Positions 8,689 to 18,167 of a stretch of DNA of 64,000 nt are shown here, one piece after another. The notes beneath the pieces were generated by a model that made no database searches, had not been told where the DNA came from, and saw only the letters and a list, made by a program, of their open reading frames with translations. The DNA is taken from the IMG/VR virus record IMGVR_UViG_3300050821_013430, positions 248,001-312,000 of that record. One strand, written 5' to 3'. The translations under genes and the position numbers were made by a program. Positions within the stretch are counted from its first letter, which is position 1, and every line of letters begins with the position of its first letter.

Positions 8689-9588
8689 ATGACCTCTCCC
8701 CCTGCCGCATCCTATTGCCCCCTGGTTGATCAGCCTTCCGCCCAACAATTGGTGCTTTATAATCGAGCGATACCGGGCCCTGTTGAGTTTCCGCCCACTT
8801 CTGTTTGGGTATGGTCAGGCTCAAACTGGGCCGAGATAGTCAATCCCACCTTAGCCGATCGTGTCGATCCCCTCTTTGCCTATGATGGCATCAATGTCCT
8901 TCTTTATGGGGGTCAGAATAACTACTCCTTTACCACCGACCAAGAGACCTTTGACGGTCATAACTGGTCAGTCTCTTCCGCCATTCTTCCTCCCCCACGC
9001 ACTCGTGCTACTGGCACCTATATAGCCAGTTTAGACGAGGTGGTAATGGCCTTTGGCGAAAGTCAGAATATGCAGTTGAACGAAACCTGGGTCTTCCATC
9101 GGGGTACTCAAATATGGAAGCACGTGCACGTGCCTCAGCCCCCTTGGCGGACGGAAAGCCCAATGGCTTCGGATGGTATCAATGTGCTCTTGTTCGGAGG
9201 TCTGCCTGGTGTAGGGTTGCCCGTACTGGGAGATGTATGGAACTTCTCGAATGGGATATGGACTCAATTGAGCACTATCAATGTTCCGCCACCCCGTGCA
9301 GGTCATGGATTAGTGTTTGATACGGTAAGAAATCAGTTTGTTCTCTTTGGGGGTTATGATGGCACCGGACGATATTTCAACGATACCCATACTTTCGACT
9401 TCCACACTTTGACTTGGAAGCCATTGGAGCCTAACTTGTCTCCTACTCCTCGGGCAGGCATTAGTATGTGTTGGGATAGCACACGGAAGAATACGGTGGT
9501 TTGGGGCGGGGTTGATGGATCAGGAACGGTGTATAAGGATACCTTTCTCTGGGATGGGAATAATTACCTGCCCGTGCAAGGGATTTAG
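8689..9588 (+). CDS. Kelch-repeat beta-propeller protein
   Basis: Repeated LLFGG...TW/DVW...W...PPPR.GH units; N-terminus from MTSPP aligns with the next gene. Confidence 0.85.
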   Translation: MTSPPAASYCPLVDQPSAQQLVLYNRAIPGPVEFPPTSVWVWSGSNWAEIVNPTLADRVDPLFAYDGINVLLYGGQNNYSFTTDQETFDGHNWSVSSAILPPPRTRATGTYIASLDEVVMAFGESQNMQLNETWVFHRGTQIWKHVHVPQPPWRTESPMASDGINVLLFGGLPGVGLPVLGDVWNFSNGIWTQLSTINVPPPRAGHGLVFDTVRNQFVLFGGYDGTGRYFNDTHTFDFHTLTWKPLEPNLSPTPRAGISMCWDSTRKNTVVWGGVDGSGTVYKDTFLWDGNNYLPVQGI

Positions 9589-9631
9589 CCTACGCCTAAT
9601 TGAGCATATTAGCATACCCTAAGAGGCTTAT

Positions 9632-10585
9632 ATGACGACACTCGCTCCTTATCCTTGCGTTTTTGGCTCGTTGGTGGATTATCCAACATCATCAGTTCAG
9701 GTGCTCTATAATCCGAGCAATTATCCACGCACTAATTTCCTTGGTGGTAGCGGATCGGTCTGGTCATATAACGGAACAGCCTGGACACAGTTTGCTGGTT
9801 CTGGCCCCGCTGGAACAATCCCGAGCGATCGCACTGGTCAAACAATGTCCCAGGACGGTACGAACTTGGTTCTCTTCGGAGGTGAAGGAACTATCGCCTA
9901 TCTCGGAGACACTTGGAAAGGAACCAACTCTTCTTGGAGCCAAAGCACTGCAACTTGGTTTGGTACTGCTCCGTATCCCCGTACTAACTGCCAAACAACT
10001 TACCTCTCAGGGACACCAACGGTCGTCTTATTCGGAGGCGCTTCTCAATCTTTCGTCAATCAAGAAACCTGGACTTGGACGTCTTCTAACGGCTATTGGA
10101 CTAACCTTGGTCTTGCCAGCACGGCGCAACCTCCTTGGCGACAATATGCCTGCTTCGCGGCCGATCCAACTCACGCCATCTTATTTGGAGGACAAGGCAA
10201 TGGCAATCAGGTCTTTCAGGATACCTGGCAATTTTCAGGTGGTCTATGGAGTGATTTGAACACCATCAATACTCCCTCAGCCAGATGGGGAGCGTCCTTC
10301 GTCTATGACAGTACCAACAGCCTTTTCACTATGTTTGGAGGGTGTCAGATCAGCAATAGCGTTCCGCTCAACGAAACTTGGGTATTCAATCTGGGTACAT
10401 TGACCTGGACTAACTTGTCCGCTGGACTAACCAATGCCCCAAGTGCTCGATATGGCGCCTCGGCTTGCTGGGATAGTACGCATCACAAGATGTTGCTCTT
10501 CTCTGGTGCAAACCAAGATGGATTACTACCGGACTTTTGGACATTCTCAGGTGGGCTTGCAGGGACTTGGGTACAGGTCTTCTAA
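9632..10585 (+). CDS. Kelch-repeat beta-propeller protein
   Basis: Repeated VLFGG...DTW...W...PSAR.GA units. Confidence 0.88.
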   Translation: MTTLAPYPCVFGSLVDYPTSSVQVLYNPSNYPRTNFLGGSGSVWSYNGTAWTQFAGSGPAGTIPSDRTGQTMSQDGTNLVLFGGEGTIAYLGDTWKGTNSSWSQSTATWFGTAPYPRTNCQTTYLSGTPTVVLFGGASQSFVNQETWTWTSSNGYWTNLGLASTAQPPWRQYACFAADPTHAILFGGQGNGNQVFQDTWQFSGGLWSDLNTINTPSARWGASFVYDSTNSLFTMFGGCQISNSVPLNETWVFNLGTLTWTNLSAGLTNAPSARYGASACWDSTHHKMLLFSGANQDGLLPDFWTFSGGLAGTWVQVF

Positions 10586-10605
10586 GAAACCCAAATCCCA
10601 ATAAC

Positions 10606-10899
10606 CTACTCGTAGATCGTTTCTAACTCTACCGTTCTCAGATGAGCCAATAATCGTTCCAATTCCTTCCTCACAGTATCGAAACTGGTGAAAGGCTTTT
10701 GATCGCCATAATCAGCATATAGGCTGGCCAAACTATCGAGGGAACTCATGGCTTTGTCCAAATTTTGGATGACATTGCTCTTGGCGATCTCGGCTTGTTG
10801 TCCCGGGGGAGGGCCGAAGGAAGGTCTGGTATCAATCTGACTTGGCATTTGGGCATATTTGGCTTGGAAACGTTCGGCGAGAGAGGCAATCTTGGTCAT
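10606..10899 (-). CDS. hypothetical protein with N-terminal IASLAERF helix
   Basis: ORF; GACAT-N6-ATG upstream. Confidence 0.7.
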   Translation of the reverse strand: MTKIASLAERFQAKYAQMPSQIDTRPSFGPPPGQQAEIAKSNVIQNLDKAMSSLDSLASLYADYGDQKPFTSFDTVRKELERLLAHLRTVELETIYE

Positions 10900-10917
10900 A
10901 TGGAAATGTCGGGATAT

Positions 10918-11256
10918 TCACCAACACTCATCCAGCACCTCTTCTACATTGACTTCCTTGTAATCCCAGGCCCGTTGCACCCAATTTGGAAGCCTATCCC
11001 ACTCATCGCCATGAATAGTGAGGGTATTGGTAGGAGCAATCGCCATAGCCAACTTCTTGCCATCAAAACTACCCCAATAGAAGATGTAGCAATAGTCTTT
11101 GCCAGTTAGTCGAGCGGCAATTAGGGCATCCACCAATTCCTTGCCAGTATATGGGGAAGGGTATAGGAGTTGTTTCTCTCGGTTAGGATAGTAGCCATTG
11201 TAGATGGCCCCGATTTCACCTTGACCATTGATGCGAATGAAGAAAGGGGTCACCAC
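10918..11256 (-). CDS. hypothetical protein
   Basis: ORF coupled to rnhB. Confidence 0.65.
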   Translation of the reverse strand: MVTPFFIRINGQGEIGAIYNGYYPNREKQLLYPSPYTGKELVDALIAARLTGKDYCYIFYWGSFDGKKLAMAIAPTNTLTIHGDEWDRLPNWVQRAWDYKEVNVEEVLDECW

Positions 11257-11903
11257 TTCACCATACTCTTTACTGGCTCGTACGAAACCCGATGCAAAGG
11301 CGTTGCTCCATATTTCTTCAACGCGGCCTTATGGTCTTTTGTCCCATATCCCGAATTTTCGGCCCATCGATACTCAGGATGTAATTGTCCCCAAATTGCC
11401 ATCCTTCCATCTCGATAGCATTTGGCCAGAATTGAGGCTGCCATCACCTGGGGAACGAAGTTATCGGCCTTGGGCAACCATCTGACATCGGTCATATTGG
11501 CGGGAGGCTCTCCCTTGGGTCGTGCTCCGTCTATAATGAGATATGAAGAGGTTTTGAGGTCGGTTTGGGCCTTGGCTACCATCGTACCAATCGCCTCGCT
11601 AAACGCCTCTGAGAGGCATTGAGTAATACCGTAATGGTCAATATGGAGATTAGAGCGCTCTGCAATGGCAAAGCCTATCTCTCTCCGTTCATATGCGGCT
11701 CCGATAATTGCTCGCATTTCTTCTCGACGCTTCTTGGAAAGAGCCTTGCTATCGTTGAGACCCTCTAATGTCCAGGATTTAGGGGCAAGAATGGCACAAC
11801 AAACACACGGGCCTGCAAGTGCGCCCGTACCGACATCATCCGCCCCTATCACCCAATCCTGAGTAATATGACTAAGTTCTTCTTCCCATCGTTTATCCAT
11901 CAT
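11250..11903 (-). CDS. rnhB: ribonuclease HII
   Basis: IGADDVGTGALAGP, LNDSKAL, IIDG, KADN...MAASILAKCYRD, GYGT..H...GATPLHRVSY. Confidence 0.92.
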   Translation of the reverse strand: MMDKRWEEELSHITQDWVIGADDVGTGALAGPCVCCAILAPKSWTLEGLNDSKALSKKRREEMRAIIGAAYERREIGFAIAERSNLHIDHYGITQCLSEAFSEAIGTMVAKAQTDLKTSSYLIIDGARPKGEPPANMTDVRWLPKADNFVPQVMAASILAKCYRDGRMAIWGQLHPEYRWAENSGYGTKDHKAALKKYGATPLHRVSYEPVKSMVKW

Positions 11904-12100
11904 CGGTGATCCAATCCGCATTGTTGACAGCAGCCAGAAAGACCTGAGCCGTTGCAAACGGGACAAGTTCGGGCTCCGACATTCTCAGGTTCGTTGTAAT
12001 CGAGATATTGCTCCTGACCTTCACCACCACAATTGGAACAGGCGCCAGGCGGAAAAATGGTCTCGCTCTTTTCGATCAATTTCCAATCGAAGTCTCTCAA
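11900..12100 (-). CDS. CPQCG-tag family variant (DnaJ-like CxxCxGxG body)
   Basis: CSNCGGEG...CPVCNGSG...CQQCGLDHR*; probable TTG start overlapping the upstream stop. Confidence 0.6.
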   Translation of the reverse strand: MRDFDWKLIEKSETIFPPGACSNCGGEGQEQYLDYNEPENVGARTCPVCNGSGLSGCCQQCGLDHR

Positions 12101-12300
12101 TGGGTTTCTCCGCATTGAGGACATCGTTCTACTACGACAAAGCGTAATTGGCTATAACTGCCTGGCAGCCCACTGATCTTGTAGTCGGGGTTGTGCACTT
12201 CTGCGTCATACACCTGTCCCAAAACCAGTTGCATCTCCTTATCGAAGTATTCCGGCGAGGCATTGAACCTGTTGGAGACATCAATGCACTTGACTTTCAT
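12097..12300 (-). CDS. CPQCG-tag family, MKVKCID type
   Basis: MKVKCID...LGQVY...RFVVVERCPQCGETH*. Confidence 0.8.
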   Translation of the reverse strand: MKVKCIDVSNRFNASPEYFDKEMQLVLGQVYDAEVHNPDYKISGLPGSYSQLRFVVVERCPQCGETH

Positions 12301-12482
12301 GGATGTATCTCTCCACATTGGGAACAAGCATTACTCGGCACAATTTGGAAGCGGTGCTTGAACCACCACCCAGCACCTTTCAAATGATAACCATCACCGT
12401 ATTCAGAAATCACTTCATAAACCCTGCCTTCAAATAATGGCATACGAATACAATCACACCCTTCTACACACTTGACTTTCAT
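12297..12482 (-). CDS. CPQCG-tag family, MKVKCID type
   Basis: MKVKCVE...GRVYEV...WFKHRFQIVPSNACSQCGEIHP*. Confidence 0.8.
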   Translation of the reverse strand: MKVKCVEGCDCIRMPLFEGRVYEVISEYGDGYHLKGAGWWFKHRFQIVPSNACSQCGEIHP

Positions 12483-12697
12483 TAGTGAGTTTCTCCGCAT
12501 TGAGGACAACGCTCGCCCTCTTTGACTATCACGAAACGGTTGCTACGCCACCAATCAGACAAACCTATTAGGTGGTACATCGTCATATTGAGGGTGGAAG
12601 AGTGGTATGCGCTAAGCACTTCATACTCTTTGTCTATTACGAGATCGCTTTTCTGATCCAGATCGCCCGGAGCAGCATCTATACATCTAACTCTCAT
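12482..12697 (-). CDS. CPQCG-tag family, MKVKCID type
   Basis: MRVRCID...KEYEV...RFVIVKEGERCPQCGETH*. Confidence 0.8.
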   Translation of the reverse strand: MRVRCIDAAPGDLDQKSDLVIDKEYEVLSAYHSSTLNMTMYHLIGLSDWWRSNRFVIVKEGERCPQCGETH

Positions 12698-12966
12698 TGA
12701 TGTACCTCTCCACATTGATGGCAACGAGACTTCTTCGCGAAGGCTTCCAATTCGGCAATGATGCCTTTATTGAACCACCAACGAGGTAATTGGTTATCAT
12801 CCCTAACTATATCCAAAGCGCCCCACGCACGGGTGGCGAAGTCCTGATGCCATTGTGCTAAGGTAGAGAAACACTTAGCACACCAGAGATACCAGTCTTC
12901 ACTGGTGTAGTTTTTGGTTCCGGGCATTGATATGCCGCAACACTTGCAATTAGCCATCTTTTCCAT
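12694..12966 (-). CDS. CPQCG-tag family, CxxC-CxxC type
   Basis: CKCC...CAKC...CHQCGEVHQ*. Confidence 0.8.
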   Translation of the reverse strand: MEKMANCKCCGISMPGTKNYTSEDWYLWCAKCFSTLAQWHQDFATRAWGALDIVRDDNQLPRWWFNKGIIAELEAFAKKSRCHQCGEVHQ

Positions 12967-13002
12967 CTACAATCACACCTATGGGTTATTTCGCATCCTG
13001 AT

Positions 13003-13563
13003 ATGTCCGCCAAGTTATCCAAACTAAGCCGGAAACTGCTCCTAAAATGGGCGATGAAACTCAACATCTCCGACGCCCCCTACTATTCACCAGTCCCAAA
13101 GGGAGAGGAATGGGGGAAGTTGGAAACCGGCTCAGATCCTCTTTTACCAGTCGCGCCTTCTACCGCGCCATCCCTTTTAGACCTGTTGAAATCGAAGGCT
13201 ACCCAGATATACACGGAGGGCAATACCCTTCGGATCTACTTGGAAGCCGCGGGCGGAGAAGATGACCACGGCCCGCAACGGCAAACCCCATCTAAACGCC
13301 ACCTACTGATGAAAGAGGCAGCCAGAGAGGTCGTTAGAGCCATTACTGAGGTGGCCGATATTCTCAATGCGATAAGGAAAGGCGATCATTCCGTTGATGA
13401 TCTGGCTGCGAAAGCCAAAAGCCTTTGGAAACTGACCCAAACGCTAATGGCCAAAGAGTATTCCTTAGAGATGGAAGAGTTGGAACGGTTTCATCTCTAT
13501 CTTGAACAGTTCCTTGGACTATTGAGTAGTATCGTTGAATATGAGGATTACAAGGAGTTCTAA
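13003..13563 (+). CDS. hypothetical protein with N-terminal amphipathic helix
   Basis: ORF; GCAT-N6-ATG upstream, no SD. Confidence 0.7.
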   Translation: MSAKLSKLSRKLLLKWAMKLNISDAPYYSPVPKGEEWGKLETGSDPLLPVAPSTAPSLLDLLKSKATQIYTEGNTLRIYLEAAGGEDDHGPQRQTPSKRHLLMKEAAREVVRAITEVADILNAIRKGDHSVDDLAAKAKSLWKLTQTLMAKEYSLEMEELERFHLYLEQFLGLLSSIVEYEDYKEF

Positions 13564-13733
13564 TCCTTGATCTTGCCATCTTTGCCCAAAACGATAGGCT
13601 TCTTTTTTCCGTTGCGATCTACCTCGACCAATATCGGTAAGAGGACGGTATAGGCATTACCATCTTCATCCTTATAGGTTGAGTAGATGCGATTATCGCT
13701 GTAAAAGTGCCTTACTAATTCAGCCCTCTTCAT
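13560..13733 (-). CDS. small hypothetical protein (57 aa)
   Basis: Manual translation MKRAELVRHFYSDNRIY...; abuts upstream stop. Confidence 0.55.
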   Translation of the reverse strand: MKRAELVRHFYSDNRIYSTYKDEDGNAYTVLLPILVEVDRNGKKKPIVLGKDGKIKD

Positions 13734-14015
13734 TTAGCCTAACCGATAGGAAGATACCTTGCCACGCTCAATAAAGAGATTGACCCGCCCCGTCTTGATA
13801 TCATCGGTTAGTAATCGAGTGTCCCCATCTTCTTGGGCAAGACGCCATTCACGTTTGTTGGTTTCTAAGGTGGTGATGGCCGCTTCCTTGGTCATTCCGA
13901 CGATGGAAGTGAGTTGGAATCCCTTGACCGAAACCGTATCAGGCTCCACATCTCGTATCTCGGTATGAATTTCAGAGAGTTGTTCGGGAGTAATCTTCTT
14001 GTCAGTAGTATCCAT
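13734..14015 (-). CDS. possible I78/potato-inhibitor-like protease inhibitor
   Basis: IVGMTKEAA...WRL...DG...[19 protein letters not shown]...LG resembles the T-x-D-x-R-x-x-R-x-N pattern. Confidence 0.5.
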   Translation of the reverse strand: MDTTDKKITPEQLSEIHTEIRDVEPDTVSVKGFQLTSIVGMTKEAAITTLETNKREWRLAQEDGDTRLLTDDIKTGRVNLFIERGKVSSYRLG

Positions 14016-14076
14016 TTTGTCTTCTTTCTTATTATTTTATTTGAAATGTCAAATAACTTCCGATATATATGTATAT

Positions 14077-15078
14077 ATGAAACTATTTGAACAGTTTGAG
14101 TTGTTATGTGTTCCAGAGCCTAATAGTGGATGTTGGTTATGGGCCGATGAAATGGATTCCAGAAACCAATATGGCATATTTAGAGTTGGCGGTATTCCGT
14201 TTGGAGCCCATCGTATCGCGTTTGAGTTATACAAAGGGCAGATACCAGCAGGACTGCAAATATGTCATAGTTGCGATGTTATGGCTTGCGTCAATCCAGA
14301 ACATTTATGGCTTGGAACAAAAGAGGATAATGCTCTCGATGCCGCTGCAAAAGGCATTTTAGCCAAAAGAACAAAGAAATCAAACAATGTAATTTGTAAT
14401 TATTCCCAAAATAATATAAAATTCATCCAACCCACTTACCAATATAATCAGATCACTTTTATTGAAAGATTTCTCTCATCTTTTGATGAAACGAATAACT
14501 GTTGGAATTGGAAATCAGAATTGAATTATGCTGGTTATGGCATCATACGAATTGGGAAAACGCAGATACTTGCTCATAGGCTTAGTTTTCAACTATTGAA
14601 AGACGATCTTACTAAGGGATTATTTATTTGTCATTCTTGCGATAATAGGAAATGTATCAATCCAAAACATTTATGGTTAGGAACTCAGAAAGAGAATATG
14701 GCTGATGCAAAAGCAAAAGGAAGAATGAATCGCGGAGAAAATAATTGGAGCGCCAAACTAAATGAAAATGATATTAGAAATATTTTTGATATGTATCATA
14801 ATGGATATAGAACTGCTGAAATAGCACAAAAATATGATTTAGATCAGAGTTATGTTTCTCATATATTGAGAGGGTTGGTCTGGAATCATATTGATACACC
14901 AAAAATCAAATCAACAAGAACAAATAATGTCAGTAATAAATTGACACAAAATCAAATTGACGAGATCAATATACTGCGTCCAACAATGACAATAACCGAA
15001 TTGGCCAATAAATTTGTTATTTCTCGAACCACCATACAACGAGTATTATCAGGTAAATTGACGGGGCGAAGAAAGTAA
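14077..15078 (+). CDS. free-standing homing endonuclease, two HNH domains plus HTH tail
   Basis: Two CW.W...YG...AHR...ICHSCDN..C.NP.HLWLGT...N units; AT-rich; opposite strand to neighbours. Confidence 0.88.
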   Translation: MKLFEQFELLCVPEPNSGCWLWADEMDSRNQYGIFRVGGIPFGAHRIAFELYKGQIPAGLQICHSCDVMACVNPEHLWLGTKEDNALDAAAKGILAKRTKKSNNVICNYSQNNIKFIQPTYQYNQITFIERFLSSFDETNNCWNWKSELNYAGYGIIRIGKTQILAHRLSFQLLKDDLTKGLFICHSCDNRKCINPKHLWLGTQKENMADAKAKGRMNRGENNWSAKLNENDIRNIFDMYHNGYRTAEIAQKYDLDQSYVSHILRGLVWNHIDTPKIKSTRTNNVSNKLTQNQIDEINILRPTMTITELANKFVISRTTIQRVLSGKLTGRRK

Positions 15079-15570
15079 TTTTGTTTTATATGTTCTAAAC
15101 AATCTATCAAACAAGAACATAAAAATTGAAAAATTTGTCCTCATATCCAAGTGATGAAAATAATGTAATTCTACTAATTTATTGTATCCCTTTCCACCAA
15201 TCTTACCTATCCAATGATTGGTGATGTGAAAACTGTCGTGTAAGAAACCGTTGATCCCGCCGATCAGCAGTATCTCGACTACCAATCCCAGTGCCAGCCA
15301 GATGCCGAAAACCCCGCAGAGCCAAAGTACAATAGGCAATAGCAGGAGAGGGGCACCGCCCATAACGAAGATGATGGTAGAGTCGTCCTTGCCCGCGTCT
15401 CGATACTTGTCCGAGGTGAAATCGTGAGCCGGATAGAGTTTTTGGTGATGGGCCAGATGATTACGATACCACCGTCCTGCACGAGGGGTGTGCAGGAAGC
15501 GATGGAAAGCGTAGCCAAAGAAACAAGTGAGTAGAAAAGTGAAGATGAATAACGATACTGCTAAAAGCAT
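15049..15570 (-). CDS. fatty acid hydroxylase / sterol desaturase family membrane enzyme
   Basis: Four His boxes HRFLH, HLAHH, HDSFH, HYFHH plus hydrophobic segments. Confidence 0.82.
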   Translation of the reverse strand: MLLAVSLFIFTFLLTCFFGYAFHRFLHTPRAGRWYRNHLAHHQKLYPAHDFTSDKYRDAGKDDSTIIFVMGGAPLLLLPIVLWLCGVFGIWLALGLVVEILLIGGINGFLHDSFHITNHWIGKIGGKGYNKLVELHYFHHLDMRTNFSIFMFLFDRLFRTYKTKLLSSPRQFT

Positions 15571-15573
15571 AGT

Positions 15574-15930
15574 CTAATTCCCAGGTCGAATATTAGGTCG
15601 AGTCCTCTCAAAGTGCTTGATCAATTTGACCACTTCGGAGGCTTGTAATTGGGCATCGCCAAAGTAGAAGTTGCTGGCGATCCCTTTTAGGAAGTGCTTG
15701 ATGTGGGGGAGCGCCGCGACATCTACCATACGCTCATCTATCGCTTGCTCTACGCCATACTCAATGATGGCTTCGATTTGATGCTGCATATTCCATCCTA
15801 AGCGATGGTATTCTTTGCAGACGGTGAGAATGTCAGAGATATCCAAGGGTAAATCCAAGTAAGGAGTTTCTTCGGTTGAGACCGTTTCATTGATGAGAGC
15901 GAGTGATTTGTCGGAAACTGGGGGTCGCAT
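15574..15930 (-). CDS. hypothetical protein
   Basis: AGGAG SD. Confidence 0.7.
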   Translation of the reverse strand: MRPPVSDKSLALINETVSTEETPYLDLPLDISDILTVCKEYHRLGWNMQHQIEAIIEYGVEQAIDERMVDVAALPHIKHFLKGIASNFYFGDAQLQASEVVKLIKHFERTRPNIRPGN

Positions 15931-16100
15931 AGCGGCTCCTATGAGAGCAGAAAGTTATGGGTCTTGCGGGGAAGTTTGTAGATACACCTCCGATGTCGGA
16001 CTCGAATGTCCGTTGTGGTAATAAGTGATTGGGAGTGCTAAATCGAAACGGCAGGCACCTTTGCAGGCACCCGCCGTAAGATGTTGTCGTGGCGGGTGAA

Positions 16101-16280
16101 TTAGGCGGACTTGCTAAACAAGCCCATAACCGCAGTCCATGCCTTTTTGAGAGCACTGACAACAAATTGAACTGGCACCATAACGGTGTTGAGGGCAGCC
16201 TCGACAACGGGAAGTCCCGCCATCAAATGCATGGCAAACGCGCCAACAACACAGCCTACGACGAATGATAATAGCGACAT
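16101..16280 (-). CDS. small hydrophobic/amphipathic protein (59 aa)
   Basis: Manual translation MSLLSFVVGCVVGAFAMHL...; GGAG SD. Confidence 0.6.
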   Translation of the reverse strand: MSLLSFVVGCVVGAFAMHLMAGLPVVEAALNTVMVPVQFVVSALKKAWTAVMGLFSKSA

Positions 16281-16339
16281 GATATTCTCCTTCTGAACTG
16301 ACTTACCCGTTCAGAGAAGATGCGCTATTATGCCCCAAT

Positions 16340-16756
16340 TCATCCCAATTCGTCGAACAAAAAGTCCGCACCGAAATCCTTGTAGAGTTGCGAGAGTTTA
16401 TCTCTCACTCCGGGATTGGATTTAGAGGCGGTGGTGGATGTATTCTGGTGAATGTCTTCCAATACGTCTAATAGGACGTCGAGATCGTACTCCGCCTTCA
16501 ATCCTCGGATGGTGCCGCGCAGAGCCTCCAAGGAGAGTTTGGCGCCCACATACTGATTCATATTGGCCGTAAGAGACTGAATGTAATGGACTTTCACTTG
16601 CAGTCCATCAATCTGATCTGGCACCATCTCAGAAACTACGTTGTCCATTCGATGAACATAAACGATGAGTGCTTTGGGGCCATCTTGAATGACTTGTCCC
16701 GAAAACCAATCGTACTTGGTGAGTTGTTCTTTGAGTTGTGTAATCTGAGTATCCAT
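16340..16756 (-). CDS. hypothetical protein
   Basis: AAGGA SD. Confidence 0.7.
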   Translation of the reverse strand: MDTQITQLKEQLTKYDWFSGQVIQDGPKALIVYVHRMDNVVSEMVPDQIDGLQVKVHYIQSLTANMNQYVGAKLSLEALRGTIRGLKAEYDLDVLLDVLEDIHQNTSTTASKSNPGVRDKLSQLYKDFGADFLFDELG

Positions 16757-16765
16757 AGATGTTCC

Positions 16766-17881
16766 TTATAGGTGTTGGGCGCAGTAGCCACCATCGGCAT
16801 TGACCCACTGTTCTTGAATCAACCAATCCAATCCATCCAAGTGTTGATTGGCGGGACTACCATTGGCACTTGAATAAGTGGTGGCATATATCCAACTACA
16901 TTCATCACTTTCCTCCTCAAATCCTGTCCAAGACTCCGATGTTGGATCGGTCGTTGCCTCACTCAATTCGTGGAAGATGATGCTCGCCATACTATCAGAC
17001 GAGAAGTCTCCGTTAGGGGTTGGCAATGCGGCATCATACCCACCAGCATCTTCCAACAAGGCCCACTCATCACATAGACCGGGACATTGGATCGGATCGC
17101 CCACAAAGGCGATCTTGATGGTGTCATTACCGAAGGGATAGAAACTATGGTAGCCGCAGTATATCGAACACTCATTACCTTCCACAACATCCTTAGATGT
17201 CAGGACGAAGTATACCCCATTAGTATCGACCGGCAAACTCTTGTCAGTAAGGTGGCTGGATACGATGTCCCAGATGTTGTTGCCTTGTAAATTGGCGCCA
17301 AGTGAATAGAGATCATTGACAGACTGCACCAATTGGACTTTGCCGCTGACATAACTGGGATACCAAAACGGCGGGGGCGATTCATCAATACCAGCATCAC
17401 CATAGACAATGGTGCCGCAGTGATCAAACTGATAACCTACTGGGCCACCATCGGTTCCTATCCCGTCTAACTGATAGTAGCCGGTGTTGATATCAAGTAT
17501 GGGTGAGGCATTCAATCCGACAATCAGATCGTTGACTAACCCTGGTGCTTTGGGCGCGTATGACCAATCTCCGTACCAGATCAGATAGACATTGACAGTA
17601 TTGAGGATGACTGGCCCACCACCATAAGGAAGCCCATTGTCAGGGACGGATACCGAAACACAGCCCGAAGTGTCAGGCTGAAAACCAGCATCGCTATCAT
17701 CACCGTCCGTGAAAGATGGATAGCCATCGGAAAAGGGACGCCCTACATCAGGACTACTGGTATCGTGAGAAGCATCTACAATAACCATCCCACCATCTAA
17801 TGCGGTGGTATCGTCACCCATGCAGGCGATGAAAAGGAGAGGGCAGATCGAGAATAGGACAAAGAGCCAACGCTTGTTCAT
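16766..17881 (-). CDS. lipoprotein with Phi-1/EXORDIUM-like domain
   Basis: Lipobox-like LFIAC; GGPV...VYLIWYG.W, YFVLTS.DV, YCGYH, SIIFHELSEATTDP, DECSW. Confidence 0.72.
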   Translation of the reverse strand: MNKRWLFVLFSICPLLFIACMGDDTTALDGGMVIVDASHDTSSPDVGRPFSDGYPSFTDGDDSDAGFQPDTSGCVSVSVPDNGLPYGGGPVILNTVNVYLIWYGDWSYAPKAPGLVNDLIVGLNASPILDINTGYYQLDGIGTDGGPVGYQFDHCGTIVYGDAGIDESPPPFWYPSYVSGKVQLVQSVNDLYSLGANLQGNNIWDIVSSHLTDKSLPVDTNGVYFVLTSKDVVEGNECSIYCGYHSFYPFGNDTIKIAFVGDPIQCPGLCDEWALLEDAGGYDAALPTPNGDFSSDSMASIIFHELSEATTDPTSESWTGFEEESDECSWIYATTYSSANGSPANQHLDGLDWLIQEQWVNADGGYCAQHL

Positions 17882-17902
17882 TGAGGTACCGTTGAATGAA
17901 GG

Positions 17903-18154
17903 TTAGGAGGATTTGAGGAGCGGCAGCAACATACGCATGCGGGACGTGTCAGGATGCTTCGGATACCAGTGATTGAAATTACGCCCATCAGCAGCATCAT
18001 ACTGAATACGGTGCGCGGCGAGCGACGTCTCATTACGTACGGTGCAAGAGCGACACAACACAACGCTGAAAATCTCTGCGAAATCTCCCCAGTAATAACT
18101 GGTCAGATTGTTGGGAGAAAACTTCTGCTCACAACAGCAACATATCACTTCCAT
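17903..18154 (-). CDS. CxxC-CxxC small protein lacking the tag
   Basis: CCCC...LCRSC; body resembles the tagged family. Confidence 0.6.
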   Translation of the reverse strand: MEVICCCCEQKFSPNNLTSYYWGDFAEIFSVVLCRSCTVRNETSLAAHRIQYDAADGRNFNHWYPKHPDTSRMRMLLPLLKSS

Positions 18155-18167
18155 AGTACACCTGTTC

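Noticed and set aside
8587-8824. Apparent 240-nt antisense overlap between 7550..8824 and 8587..9588
   Set aside because: Paralog alignment puts the Kelch start at 8689 and the minus gene start at 8644, leaving a 44-bp divergent intergenic gap.
14061-14079. G(A)CAT-N6-ATG motif upstream of the HNH gene, and near-matches at 27226 and 39331
   Set aside because: Spacing is 8-10 nt or the ATG is out of frame, so these were not counted as instances.
16068-16098. Inverted repeat CACCCGCC/GGCGGGTG as a terminator
   Set aside because: There is no U-tract on either strand and the loop is 15 nt; function cannot be supported.
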